From Candidatus Krumholzibacteriia bacterium (GTDB taxonomy: Bacteria; Krumholzibacteriota; Krumholzibacteriia; JAJRXK01): DNA of 64,000 bases. The stretch's first letter is position 1, and the number at the start of each line of letters is the position of its first letter. A model generated the notes under the pieces. That model had not been told where the DNA came from, did not search any database, and saw nothing but the letters and a program-made list of their open reading frames with translations. Of the stretch, positions 1-10,029 are shown one piece after another. The stretch is from assembly GCA_041484665.1 (NCBI GenBank), contig JBGPIA010000015.1, forward strand, positions 32,001 to 96,000, in the 5' to 3' direction. A program made the position numbers and the translations under genes.

Positions 1-123
1 GGGTTTCAGGACGGCGCGTTCCGCAGCTCGGGCCTGATGCGCATCAACCACCTGACCAGGCTGCGCGAGAAAGGTGTCCTCGACGACGAGCTCCGGTGGA
101 CCAGGAGGATGGCCATCGCCTAG
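1..123 (+). CDS. 3' end of probable NAD-dependent sugar epimerase/dehydratase (partial)
   Basis: Frame 1 reads GFQDGAFRSSGLMRINHLTRLREKGVLDDELRW..* to TAG at 121-123; resembles C-termini of SDR epimerases found beside NDP-hexose C-methyltransferases. Confidence 0.55.
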   Translation, partial: GFQDGAFRSSGLMRINHLTRLREKGVLDDELRWTRRMAIA

Positions 124-232
124 GCTGGTGACTGCGCCCGGTCCCCGCAGGAGACTCCCCAGCGGGTCGCCCTGAGCCCCCGCCGCCGCGACCGGGGGGA
201 TTCCCATCATTCCACGCGCGAAACGTATTCCC

Positions 233-1477
233 ATGAAGAACATCCCTTCCCCTGCGTGCCGGTTCTGTGGCCTCGAGCTGCATCACTCCTTCGTCGACCT
301 GGGAATGTCGCCGCTCTGCGAGAGCTATCTCAGCGCCGATCAGCTCGATCGCAGCGAGGCCTTCTATCCGCTGCACGTACGCGTCTGCTCCGAGTGCTTT
401 CTCGTGCAGCTGGAGGAGTACGTCTCGGCAGACGAGATCTTCACTGAATATGCCTACTTCTCCTCCTACTCCACGTCCTGGATCGAGCACGCCCGCAGCT
501 ACGTCGAGATGATCACGTCTCGGCTCGGGCTGGGCGAGCACAGTCTGGTCGTCGAGCTGGCGAGCAACGACGGATACCTCCTCCAGCACTTCCTGCCGCA
601 CCGCGTTGCGGTCCTGGGCGTCGAGCCGGCCGGCAACGTAGCGAAAGCCGCCGTGGCAAAGGGAATCCCGACGCTCGTGGAGTTCTTCGGAGAGCGGTCC
701 GCCACGCGGCTGCGCGACGAGGGGCGCCGCCCCGACCTGATCATCGGGAACAACGTCCTGGCCCAGGTGCCGGACGTGAATGACTTCGTCAAGGGGATGG
801 CGATCCTGTTGGGTCCCCGGGGGGTGATCACCCTGGAGTTTCCCCACTTGGTACGCCTGATCGACGGGAACCAGTTCGACACCATCTACCACGAGCACTT
901 TTCCTATTTCTCGCTGCACACCGCGGTTTTGATCCTGCAGCACCACGGGCTCGTGGTCTTCGACGTCGAGGAGATTCCTACGCACGGTGGATCGCTGCGC
1001 GTCTACGCGCGGCCGGCGGACGACCTGTCCAAACCGGTCGGGCGCAGCGTCGCCGATCTGCTGGCGCGCGAGGAGGCGCTGGGGATCGCCCAGCTGGCCT
1101 ACTACCAGGCCTTCGGTGAGCGGGTGAAGCAGACCAAGCGCAAGCTCCTGAGCTTCCTCATCTCCGCCAAGGAATCGGGAAAGCGCGTTGCTGGCTACGG
1201 CGCGCCCGGCAAGGGGAATACCCTGCTGAACTACTGCGGGATCCGGACCGATTTCCTGGACTACACCGTCGATCGTAATCCCTACAAGCACGGCAAGTAT
1301 CTGCCGGGCACGCATATTCCCATCTTCGACGTCGACCGGATCGCACAGAGCCGCCCGGACTATCTCCTCATCCTGCCGTGGAACCTGAAGGACGAGATCA
1401 TGGCGCAGACGTCCTACATCCGCGAGTGGGGAGGCAAACACGTGGTGCCCATCCCGGCGGTGGAGGTGTACGGATGA
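233..1477 (+). CDS. NDP-hexose C-methyltransferase (class I SAM, N-terminal Zn-binding domain)
   Basis: CRFC...CSECFLVQ Zn motif, ELASNDGYLL SAM motif, FDTIYHEH, HGGSLR, GYGAPGKGNTLLN, LPWN. Confidence 0.93.
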   Translation: MKNIPSPACRFCGLELHHSFVDLGMSPLCESYLSADQLDRSEAFYPLHVRVCSECFLVQLEEYVSADEIFTEYAYFSSYSTSWIEHARSYVEMITSRLGLGEHSLVVELASNDGYLLQHFLPHRVAVLGVEPAGNVAKAAVAKGIPTLVEFFGERSATRLRDEGRRPDLIIGNNVLAQVPDVNDFVKGMAILLGPRGVITLEFPHLVRLIDGNQFDTIYHEHFSYFSLHTAVLILQHHGLVVFDVEEIPTHGGSLRVYARPADDLSKPVGRSVADLLAREEALGIAQLAYYQAFGERVKQTKRKLLSFLISAKESGKRVAGYGAPGKGNTLLNYCGIRTDFLDYTVDRNPYKHGKYLPGTHIPIFDVDRIAQSRPDYLLILPWNLKDEIMAQTSYIREWGGKHVVPIPAVEVYG

Positions 1478-2001
1478 TCTTCACCGCCACGCCTCTTGCG
1501 GGAGCGTTCATCGTCGACATCGAGCGCAAGGAGGACCCCAGAGGGTTTTTCGCCCGCTCCTGGTGCCAAAGAGAGGCGAAGGAGCTCGGCATCGACGTGG
1601 AGTGGGTCCAGTGCAACATCTCGTTCAATCATCGGCGGGGCACGCTGCGGGGGATGCACTTCCAGTCCCCGAACTGGGAGGCCAAGCTCGTCCGCGTCAC
1701 GCAGGGATCCATCTTCGACGTCATCGTGGATCTAAGGCGCTCGTCGGCCACCTACAAACAGCACCTCGGTGTGGTGCTGAGCGCCGCCGACCGGCGCATG
1801 CTGTTCGTCCCCAAGGGCTTCGCCCACGGCTTCCTGAGCCTCGACGACCGCACGGAGGTCTTCTACCACATGTCGGAGTTCTACACCCCCGAACAGGCGC
1901 GGGGATTCCGCTGGGACGATCCCCAATTCGCGATCGCCTGGCCCGATGGAGAGAAGATCCTCTCCGACCGCGACCGGGACCTACCCTTCTTTGCGCCATG
2001 A
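1474..2001 (+). CDS. rfbC: dTDP-4-dehydrorhamnose 3,5-epimerase family protein
   Basis: DPRGFF, GTLRGMHFQ, FDVIVDLR, VPKGFAHGF, RWDDP, ILSDRD; ATG at 1474 overlaps the upstream stop (ATGA). Confidence 0.92.
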   Translation: MIFTATPLAGAFIVDIERKEDPRGFFARSWCQREAKELGIDVEWVQCNISFNHRRGTLRGMHFQSPNWEAKLVRVTQGSIFDVIVDLRRSSATYKQHLGVVLSAADRRMLFVPKGFAHGFLSLDDRTEVFYHMSEFYTPEQARGFRWDDPQFAIAWPDGEKILSDRDRDLPFFAP

Positions 2002-3311
2002 CCAGCCTCGAGGAGCTCTGCACGCACCTGCCAAAGCAGATCGGCGCCGACATGATGGCGCTGGTCGAGGAGCTCTACCCCATCTGCCGGAGCATCACGG
2101 GCGAGGGGCTGCGCGCTACGCTCCAGATCGTTCGCCGGACGATCCCGCTCGTGATCCACGAGGTTCCCAGCGGTACCGCCGTCTTCGACTGGACGGTGCC
2201 CAAGGAATGGAACATCCGGGACGCGTACGTGGCGAACTCCCGCGGCGAAAAGGTCGTGGATTTCCGCCGATCCAACCTGCACGTGGTCAACTACAGTGTT
2301 CCCGTGCGCGCCAGAATGACTCTGGCGGAATTGCGACCCCACCTTCACACCCTGCCGGATCGGCCGGACTGGATCCCCTATCGGACCACCTACTATGACC
2401 AGAGCTGGGGGTTCTGCCTCCGTCACCGGGACTTTCTCGCGCTAAAGGACGACCAGTACGAGGTCGTCATCGACTCGTCATTGGAGGATGGACACCTCAC
2501 GTACGGGGAGCTGCATCTGCCCGGGCAGCAGGAAGACGAGATCCTGCTGACGACCCACGTATGCCATCCCTCGATGTGCAACGACAACCTGTCGGGCATC
2601 GCCGTTCTGACGAGCCTGGCGAACGCGCTGCTGGGCGCGCAGCGGCGGTATTCCTACCGGATCCTCTTCATCCCCGGGACCATCGGTTCCATCACGTGGC
2701 TGGCCCGCAACCGCCAGGGTGCTTCCCGGATCCGTCACGGGCTCGTGCTGGCGGGTGTGGGCGATCGCGGCGCGATCAGCTACAAGCGGAGCCGACGTGG
2801 CGACGCGGAGATCGACCGGGCGGTGATGCAGGTCCTGCGGGATTCCGGTGCCCAGCACAGGATTCTGGACTTTTCTCCGTACGGCTACGACGAGCGACAG
2901 TTCTGCTCTCCGGGCTTCGACCTCCCCGTCGGACGTTTCTCCCGGTCGGAGTACGGGACGTATCCGGAATACCACAGCTCGGCGGACGATCTGGAATTCG
3001 TGGCGGCCGCGTCCCTGGAGGACTCCTACGCGAACTTGATGCGAGTCCTGTTCGTCCTGGAGTCCAACGAGACGTTCACCAACCAGAATCCCTGGTGCGA
3101 GCCTCAGCTCGGCAAGCGCGGCTTGTACGACAACCCGCAGCAGCGGGCCGACTGGGGACAGATCCGGCTGGCTCTTCTGTGGGTGCTGAACCTCTCCGAT
3201 GGAAAGCACTCCCTGCTAGACATCGCCGCACGGTCGCAGGCCGGGTTCGGGGCCATCTTGGGTGCGGCACGGGCGCTTGAGGCGGCTGGACTCCTGCGGC
3301 GGCAGCTCTGA
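1998..3311 (+). CDS. DUF4910-family aminopeptidase-like protein of polysaccharide loci
   Basis: YPICRSITGEGLR, FDWTVPKEWNIRDAY, HVCHPSMCNDNLSG, YGYDERQFCSPG, YPEYHSSAD, C-terminal winged helix; ATGA coupling at 1998. Confidence 0.9.
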   Translation: MTSLEELCTHLPKQIGADMMALVEELYPICRSITGEGLRATLQIVRRTIPLVIHEVPSGTAVFDWTVPKEWNIRDAYVANSRGEKVVDFRRSNLHVVNYSVPVRARMTLAELRPHLHTLPDRPDWIPYRTTYYDQSWGFCLRHRDFLALKDDQYEVVIDSSLEDGHLTYGELHLPGQQEDEILLTTHVCHPSMCNDNLSGIAVLTSLANALLGAQRRYSYRILFIPGTIGSITWLARNRQGASRIRHGLVLAGVGDRGAISYKRSRRGDAEIDRAVMQVLRDSGAQHRILDFSPYGYDERQFCSPGFDLPVGRFSRSEYGTYPEYHSSADDLEFVAAASLEDSYANLMRVLFVLESNETFTNQNPWCEPQLGKRGLYDNPQQRADWGQIRLALLWVLNLSDGKHSLLDIAARSQAGFGAILGAARALEAAGLLRRQL

Positions 3312-3348
3312 TGCCGACGGACGCGCCCGGGCCTATCCTGCAGGCCCG

Positions 3349-4818
3349 ATGATGGGGATCATGGACGCGGCAAGCAACATCCGCAGAATCGCGCTCTACG
3401 GTCCCTTCGGGTGGGGGAACCTCGGGGACGCGTCCATCCAGGAAGCGATGATGCACAACGTTCGCCTCCGCCTGCGCACGGTGGAGTTCCTGGGAATCTC
3501 GTTGAACCCCGACAACACCGAGGCGATCCATGGCATCCCGTCCATCCCCATCCTGCGGACCTGGACGAGCCGTTCCCAACGGAGCACGCAGCAGGGCCCA
3601 TCGCGCGCAACGCCGCCGGTCGCAGGGGCCGGGGCTGGGATCAAGGCCCGTCTGGCCGGGATCCACGTCCTGCGCCCGATCCTGCGAACGCTGAAGCGCT
3701 GGGCCGAACCGGCGCGGGAGTTCCTCCGCGAGGTCCGTTTCCTGGCGCGCTCGGTCTCGATCCTGCGGCGGGTCGATGTCTTCGTCGTCTCGGGCGGGGG
3801 CCAGATCTCCGACGACTGGGGCGGGCCGTGGGACCACCCCTATTCGCTCCTGAAATGGATGCTCTGTGCCCGGCTGGCCAAAGCCCGCGTCTACGTCGTG
3901 AGCGTCGGAGCCGGCCCCATCCGCCGGCCGCTCAGCGGGTTCCTGTTCCGTGCGGCGCTGCGCCTGGCCCACTACCGCTCGTATCGCGACAGCGGATCCC
4001 TCGCCCTGGTGGCTCCGTTCGGATTCACGCGCCGTGACGACGTCTACCCGGACCTCGCGTTCAGCCTCCCGACCGGTTTGGCACCGCCCGGCACGGACCC
4101 GGGCCATCGTCCGCTCGTGATCGGCCTGAGCCCCATGGCGTACTGCTATCCGAAGGCCGGGCCATGGCCCGAGCAGGACCGCGCTCGGTACGTCCGCTAC
4201 CTGGGCGTTCTCTCCCAGATCACCGCTTCGCTGCTCGCGGCCGGGGACTCCGTCTCCATCCTCCTCTCCCAGATCCGCAACGACCGCTACGCCCTCGACG
4301 ACCTGGCCCGCGCGCTCGCCACCCAAGCCCCGGACGCTTCGAGCGCTCGCCTGCGCGTGGAGCCCACCGAGAGCCTCCCGCATCTGCTCGCCCAGATCGC
4401 GCACACCGACCTCGTGATCACATCGCGGCTCCACGGAGTGATCCTCTCGTACCTGCTCCACAAACCGGTGATCGCGCTGTCTTACGACCCGAAGATCCGC
4501 GCCGTCATGGAGCAATTCGGGCAGACGGCCTACTGTCTGGACCTGGAGAGCGCCACTGCGGAGCTGCTCGGCACGCGGATGGCCTCGCTCCGGTCGGAGC
4601 GCGGGGCCGTCACGGACCGGATCGGCGAGACCCTTGCCGAGCATCGGTCGCAACTGCAGCAGCAGTACGATCGCTTGTTCGGACCGCGCGCCGCTTCGCC
4701 CCGTTGCGAGGATGGCACGGACGACCTCAGCGCACGTGCATCGGGCAGTTCCGACCCACAGCTCGAGGCCGGCCTTCAGCAGCACTCGACCCCGCAGATC
4801 CATGCGGCCGGACACTAG
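3349..4818 (+). CDS. Polysaccharide pyruvyl transferase family protein
   Basis: YGPFGWGNLGD, SGGGQ, SYRD..S, PDLAF, TSRLHGVI, LSYDPKI; start may be 3349, 3352 or 3361. Confidence 0.85.
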   Translation: MMGIMDAASNIRRIALYGPFGWGNLGDASIQEAMMHNVRLRLRTVEFLGISLNPDNTEAIHGIPSIPILRTWTSRSQRSTQQGPSRATPPVAGAGAGIKARLAGIHVLRPILRTLKRWAEPAREFLREVRFLARSVSILRRVDVFVVSGGGQISDDWGGPWDHPYSLLKWMLCARLAKARVYVVSVGAGPIRRPLSGFLFRAALRLAHYRSYRDSGSLALVAPFGFTRRDDVYPDLAFSLPTGLAPPGTDPGHRPLVIGLSPMAYCYPKAGPWPEQDRARYVRYLGVLSQITASLLAAGDSVSILLSQIRNDRYALDDLARALATQAPDASSARLRVEPTESLPHLLAQIAHTDLVITSRLHGVILSYLLHKPVIALSYDPKIRAVMEQFGQTAYCLDLESATAELLGTRMASLRSERGAVTDRIGETLAEHRSQLQQQYDRLFGPRAASPRCEDGTDDLSARASGSSDPQLEAGLQQHSTPQIHAAGH

Positions 4819-4822
4819 CCCA

Positions 4823-5911
4823 ATGTCGACCGCCAACGATCCCGGATCCCAGCCGCTCGTCAGCGTGGTCACACCCGTCTACAACGCCGAGCCCTACCTG
4901 GCCGAGTGCATCGAGAGCGTTCTGGCCCAGACCTACGGCAACTGGGACTACACGATCCTCAACAACTGCAGCACGGACCGTTCGCTGGAGATCGCCCGAT
5001 CGTACGCGGCGCGCGACCCCAGGATCCGGGTCGAGAACAACGGCACCTTCCTTGGCCAGACCGGCAATCTGAACAAGGCGATGTCGTTGATCTCGCCGGA
5101 CAGCAAGTACGTGAAGATGGTCTTGGCCGACGACTGGATGTTCCCGAACTGTTTGTGGGAGATGGTCCGGGTCGCCGAGTTGCATCCGACGGCCGGCATC
5201 GTCAGCTCCTACCGCCTGGACGATCGCCGGGTGAACTGCGATGGCCTGCCCTATCCCAGCACCTTCGTCCGCGGCCGGGACATCTGTCGCGCGACCCTGC
5301 TCGGGGACATCTACGTGTTCGGCACCCCGAACACCCTCCTCTACCGAAGCGTCGACGCGCGGCAACGCGTGCCATTCTTCGATCAGGAGAGCCTGCACGA
5401 GGACACCGAGGTCTGCTACGAGATCCTGATGCATCGTGACCTGGGCTTCGTCCACCAGGTCCTGACGTTCACCCGCCGCCAGAACGAGTCGCTGGCGGCG
5501 GCTCGCAAGGTCCATGACCCGCAACATCTCCTCGACAAGCTCATCGTCACCCTGAAGTATGGGCCCCAATTCCTCGACCCGCAGGAGTACGAGGCCTGCC
5601 GCCGGAGGATCGAGGGCGATTACTACGATTTTCTGGCCGCCCGCAGTCTGCGGGGCGCCAGCTCTTCTTTCTGGGAGTATCACCGGGATGGCCTGAGTCC
5701 GACCCGCTATCGCATCCGGCGGAGCACCCTCGCGCGGCACGTCGCCGGCGCGGTGCTGCGCCAGCTCTTCGACCCCCTGGGCCTGGCCCGCAAGCTCCTG
5801 CGTGCCGTCCGCAGGGCGGTCGAGCGGTATCGCGGCGCGGGGCCCACAGCGGGGAGCCCGGATCGGCTGCAGACCACAGGGTCGGTTCCCGTCGACGCGA
5901 GGAAACGCTGA
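4823..5911 (+). CDS. Glycosyltransferase family 2
   Basis: VSVVTPVYNAEPYLAECIESVLAQTY, NNCSTDRS, ADD (DXD-like). Confidence 0.92.
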   Translation: MSTANDPGSQPLVSVVTPVYNAEPYLAECIESVLAQTYGNWDYTILNNCSTDRSLEIARSYAARDPRIRVENNGTFLGQTGNLNKAMSLISPDSKYVKMVLADDWMFPNCLWEMVRVAELHPTAGIVSSYRLDDRRVNCDGLPYPSTFVRGRDICRATLLGDIYVFGTPNTLLYRSVDARQRVPFFDQESLHEDTEVCYEILMHRDLGFVHQVLTFTRRQNESLAAARKVHDPQHLLDKLIVTLKYGPQFLDPQEYEACRRRIEGDYYDFLAARSLRGASSSFWEYHRDGLSPTRYRIRRSTLARHVAGAVLRQLFDPLGLARKLLRAVRRAVERYRGAGPTAGSPDRLQTTGSVPVDARKR

Positions 5912-6696
5912 TGCTCGGTGCCGTGCGATCGGTGATCCGCCACAAGGATCTGTTGCTCATGCTCACGTGGCGCGACATCCACATCAAGTACAAGCAATCG
6001 ATCATGGGGTTCCTCTGGGCGCTCTTCATGCCCATGATCATCGTGGCCGCCGGGATCATGATCAAGCTGGCGTTCTCGTATATCTCCGCACAGCCGCTCG
6101 CGAAGCAGGGGATCATCACCATATCGGTGAAGTCGTTGCCGTGGGCGTTCTTTGTTTCGAGCGTCCGATTCTCGTCCAATTCCCTCGTTGCCAATCCCAA
6201 CCTGGTGACGAAGATCTACTTCCCGAGGATCATCTTCCCCGTGTCCGCAGTCATCGCCCAATTGTTCGACTTCGTGATCGCCAGCGTTGTTCTGGTGGTG
6301 ATCCTCGCGTTTCTGGGTGTGGGCGCGAGCACCCAGCTCTTGTGGGTGCCGCTGCTCGTCGGCATCCTCATCGTGCTCGTCCTGGGCCTGGGGATCTTCC
6401 TGTCGGCCGCCAACCTGTTCTTCCGGGACGTCAAGTACCTGGTGGAGGTCATCCTTACCTTCGCCATCTTCTTCACGCCGGTCTTCTACGAGGCCGAGAT
6501 GTTCGGACGGCGCGCTGATCTCCTGCTGCTGAACCCGATCGCGCCGATCCTGGAGGGACTGCGGGAGTGTGTGGTCCTGCATCGGGCCCCCGATCCGGGC
6601 TGGATCGGGTACAGCGGGGTCCTTGCTGTCGTGGTGCTGGTTCTCGCGATCAGGTCCTTCGTGAGGTTGGAGCCACGCTTCGCAGAGTCGATCTAG
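5911..6696 (+). CDS. wzm: Polysaccharide ABC transporter permease
   Basis: RDIHIKYKQSIMGFLW, LVTKIYFPR, FRDVKYL, TPVFY, LNPIA; about 6 TM helices. Confidence 0.92.
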   Translation: MLGAVRSVIRHKDLLLMLTWRDIHIKYKQSIMGFLWALFMPMIIVAAGIMIKLAFSYISAQPLAKQGIITISVKSLPWAFFVSSVRFSSNSLVANPNLVTKIYFPRIIFPVSAVIAQLFDFVIASVVLVVILAFLGVGASTQLLWVPLLVGILIVLVLGLGIFLSAANLFFRDVKYLVEVILTFAIFFTPVFYEAEMFGRRADLLLLNPIAPILEGLRECVVLHRAPDPGWIGYSGVLAVVVLVLAIRSFVRLEPRFAESI

Positions 6697-6706
6697 GAGA
6701 CGCCGC

Positions 6707-7903
6707 GTGAGCGACTTCGTTCTCGAGTTCGAGCAGGTATCCAAGAAGTTCCGCCGGGGGCAACTCCACGACTCCCTGCGGGATTTCCTCCCGTCGTTGG
6801 TCAGGACTGCGCTTCGCAGAGCGCGGAGCGCCGAGCTCGGGGAGCGGGAGTTCTGGGCCCTGCGGGACGTGTCGTTCGCCGTACCGAGGGGGACGGCGGT
6901 GGGGATCATCGGGCCCAACGGGGCGGGCAAGAGCACGATCCTCAAGATCCTGACCGGGATCATGAATCCAACCAGCGGCACCAAGAGCGTTCGCGGAAGC
7001 CTGTCCGCGCTGATCGAAGTGGGCGCCGGCTTCCACCCGGATCTCACTGGCCGGGAGAACGTCTTCCTGAATGGGACGATCCTCGGAATGAGCCGGCGGC
7101 AGATCAAGGCGAAGCTCGACGAGATCATCGAATTCTCCGGTTTGAGCGAGTTCATCGACACGCCCGTGAAGCGCTACTCGTCGGGGATGTACGCCCGCCT
7201 CGGATTCTCCATCGCATGTCACGTCGAGCCCGACATCCTGGTCGTCGACGAGGTGCTCAGCGTGGGAGACTGGGCATTCCAGAACAAGTCGATGGAGAAG
7301 ATGAAGAGCATCCTGCGCGGCGGGGCGACCGTGATCTTCGTATCACACAACCTCAAGGCGATCACGGAGCTGTGCGATCGGGCCGTGTACCTCGACAAGG
7401 GCAGGATCCAGAGCACCGGCCGCTCCAGCGAGGTGGTCGACGCCTACATCCGACGGGCCTCGGAAGCGGCTCGCGTCCCGCACGCGCGGGATGCCGAGGC
7501 GGTCATCGATCGGGTCGTGCTGCGGGGCGTGGATGGCGAGGTCGGCGTGTTCCGCCCTGGGGAGAAGGGATTCGTCGACGTGGTCATTTCATCTGCAACG
7601 TGCGACAAGCCGCTGGCCGTCGCCATCGCGCTGAGGGACGAAAACTACAATATGTTCTTCTACATCGACTCGGCGAGGCTCGAGGCCGAGCCGTTCCAGC
7701 TGCGCCCGGGCGAGTCGAAGACTCTGACGTTCGAGCTCGACATGCATCTGGCACCCGGCTCCTACTTCCTGAACGCGGCCTTGACCCGGCCCGATCTCGA
7801 TGTGACCGTGGACCATCGCCCCATGGCCGCAAGCTTCGTCGTGCACTCGGACGTGGACGTACGCGGGGTCGCCAATCTCTACCCGCGGCTCACGCGCTCC
7901 TGA
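6707..7903 (+). CDS. wzt: Polysaccharide ABC transporter ATPase with C-terminal Wzt_C-like domain
   Basis: GPNGAGKST, GFHPDLTGREN, YSSGM, DEVLSVGD, VSH; ~150-aa C-terminal beta domain. Confidence 0.93.
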   Translation: MSDFVLEFEQVSKKFRRGQLHDSLRDFLPSLVRTALRRARSAELGEREFWALRDVSFAVPRGTAVGIIGPNGAGKSTILKILTGIMNPTSGTKSVRGSLSALIEVGAGFHPDLTGRENVFLNGTILGMSRRQIKAKLDEIIEFSGLSEFIDTPVKRYSSGMYARLGFSIACHVEPDILVVDEVLSVGDWAFQNKSMEKMKSILRGGATVIFVSHNLKAITELCDRAVYLDKGRIQSTGRSSEVVDAYIRRASEAARVPHARDAEAVIDRVVLRGVDGEVGVFRPGEKGFVDVVISSATCDKPLAVAIALRDENYNMFFYIDSARLEAEPFQLRPGESKTLTFELDMHLAPGSYFLNAALTRPDLDVTVDHRPMAASFVVHSDVDVRGVANLYPRLTRS

Positions 7904-7912
7904 GGCCGAACG

Positions 7913-9190
7913 ATGGAATCGCGCATCGGCACCCCGATGAGTACCTGCGCTGACAGCACAGCGGCTCTGGATGCGCCGGCCCGGCCCGCGATTGCGCCCA
8001 TGGCCTTGGTGTGTCTCGGGGAGCTTCCGTGGGAGAACTTCTGGAAGCGGAATCAGAGCATGATCTACCACCTGTCCCGGCTGCCGCTCTTCGAGCGCGT
8101 CGTCTTCGTCGATCCGCGGACGGTGTGGGTCCGCGACGAGCTCTTCGCCGGCGCTGGACCGCTCTGGACCCGCACCGTGCGCCTGTTCCGATGCATTCCG
8201 CGGAAGTACGATGACAAGATCCGTGTCTGTTGTCTGACGCACTTCCTCCCGTTCAAACAGCGCTTCCCGGGCGGGGGCCTCTTCGAAGAGTGGATCTTCA
8301 CCACCGTGCTGCGATTCCTGCGGGGCCGGCGACCCTATGTCCTCCTGAACAACAATCCGAACTTTCAGCCCAGGAGTCTTCTCGAGCAGCTCATGCGCGA
8401 GGCTGCGCTGCGGGTGTTCGACCTCTCGGACGATTTCGAGGAGTTCTACGAAGACGAGGCGCGTCGGACGATCTATCGTGACAACATCGAGTTTGCCTGC
8501 ACCCGATCCGAGGTCGTCCTCGCCGTGAACGAGCACGTCCAGCAGAAGTACAGCGTCTACAACCCCAGCACCTACGTCATACCCAACGCGACGAATTTCT
8601 GGAATTTCCGCCGGGACCACTACCGCCCGATTCCCTTTCTCGACAGGATCCGCGCCCAGGGCGGTCCGATCCTCGGCCACACCGGCACCATCAATCGCGT
8701 GCGAGTGGACTACGAACTGCTCGAGTCGCTCGTCCAGCGCAACCCTCGCTGGCAGTTCGTCTTCATCGGAGGCGCCGATCCGAGCTTCCTGTCCATCGTG
8801 GACAGACATCCCAATCTCCACTATCACCCGTCCGTGGCCTACAACGACCTCCCCAATTGGATCCACTACTTCGACGTCGGAATCATTCCTTTCCGGGTCA
8901 ACCAGCACACGAAGGGGAACGACCTCCTGAAGTTCAACGACTACCTCGCCATGGGGAAGGGGATCGTCACGACGAACATGGGGGGTGCGCACAGATACGA
9001 TGGGCTGCTCTGGGTGGCCTCAGACGCGCAGGAGTTCGCCGCTTGCATCGAGCAAGCGCTGGAGGGAACGTCCGAGGAGATGAGGGACCGCAGAATGGAC
9101 GTCGCTCGGCGGAACTCCTGGGAGGCGCGCGCTGGTGCCGTCCACTCCATCCTGGCGAAGCACCTGGAGGCAGGCGCGGCGGATCGCTAG
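7913..9190 (+). CDS. Glycosyltransferase (GT-B, GT4/TuaH-like)
   Basis: WKRNQ, IPNA, FDVGIIPF, LKFNDYLAMGKGIVTT. Confidence 0.85.
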   Translation: MESRIGTPMSTCADSTAALDAPARPAIAPMALVCLGELPWENFWKRNQSMIYHLSRLPLFERVVFVDPRTVWVRDELFAGAGPLWTRTVRLFRCIPRKYDDKIRVCCLTHFLPFKQRFPGGGLFEEWIFTTVLRFLRGRRPYVLLNNNPNFQPRSLLEQLMREAALRVFDLSDDFEEFYEDEARRTIYRDNIEFACTRSEVVLAVNEHVQQKYSVYNPSTYVIPNATNFWNFRRDHYRPIPFLDRIRAQGGPILGHTGTINRVRVDYELLESLVQRNPRWQFVFIGGADPSFLSIVDRHPNLHYHPSVAYNDLPNWIHYFDVGIIPFRVNQHTKGNDLLKFNDYLAMGKGIVTTNMGGAHRYDGLLWVASDAQEFAACIEQALEGTSEEMRDRRMDVARRNSWEARAGAVHSILAKHLEAGAADR

Positions 9191-9256
9191 CGTGGCGGTC
9201 GGATTCGACTCCAGCAGGCAGGGCAGAGTACCGGGCGATCAGGGGGAGACGAGACG

Positions 9257-9913
9257 ATGCTGAACCTGGCTGTCCCCACGGGTGCAACGCGCGCGCTGAC
9301 GATTCTATGCGTAGGGGCGCATTGCGATGACATCGAGATCGGCTGTGGCGGCACGCTTGTCGAGGTGATCCGCAAGCGCCCCGCGCGGGTAACCTGGCTG
9401 ATCTGCGCATCCGATGGTGCGCGCGCGGAGGAGGCGAGGCGATCTGCCGCTCTGTTCCTGCGGGACGCCGCCGAAGTGAAGCTCCTGATCGGGGACCATC
9501 CGGACGGGTTCCTTCCGTACCACGGGGCGCAGGTCAAGGCCGATTTCGAAGCACTCAAGGGGCAGATCGAGCCGGATCTGATCTTCACCCACTACCGTCA
9601 CGATCTCCATCAGGACCATCGCCTCGCCAGTGAGTTGACCTGGAACACGTTCCGGGACCATCTCATCCTCGAGTATGAGGTTCCGAAGTACGACGGCGAC
9701 CTCGGCAATCCCAATGCGTTCTTCCCCCTCTCGGAGGACGTCTGCCGCCACAAGGTGGCCAGCCTCGTGCAGAGCTACCCGTCGCAGGCGAAGAAGAAGT
9801 GGTTCGCCGAGGACCTCTTCATGGCGATGCTGAGACTGAGGGGCATGGAGAGCAACTCGCAAAGCGGTCTGGCCGAGGCGTTCTACTGCAGGAAGCTGCG
9901 GCTCGTTGCTTGA
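9257..9913 (+). CDS. PIG-L/LmbE family deacetylase
   Basis: GAHCDDIEIGCGGT, HQDH, YEVPKYDGD, AEAF. Confidence 0.9.
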   Translation: MLNLAVPTGATRALTILCVGAHCDDIEIGCGGTLVEVIRKRPARVTWLICASDGARAEEARRSAALFLRDAAEVKLLIGDHPDGFLPYHGAQVKADFEALKGQIEPDLIFTHYRHDLHQDHRLASELTWNTFRDHLILEYEVPKYDGDLGNPNAFFPLSEDVCRHKVASLVQSYPSQAKKKWFAEDLFMAMLRLRGMESNSQSGLAEAFYCRKLRLVA

Positions 9914-10029
9914 GGCTGCCGCGCGGCAGCTCGACCGCTCGGCTTGTCCGCGGCCGACCGCCAGAGCACCGCCAGGACGGTGGTCCGCACCCTGGACGGG
10001 CGACCGATGAGCGCAGCCGGGGGGAGAGC

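Noticed and set aside
44..9862. Long antisense ORFs over the glycan locus (e.g. 44-1441, 3076-4872, 5707-7161, 7589-8992) and similar shadows window-wide
   Set aside because: Expected shadow frames of high-GC coding DNA; no motifs, and the opposite strand has clear family hits.
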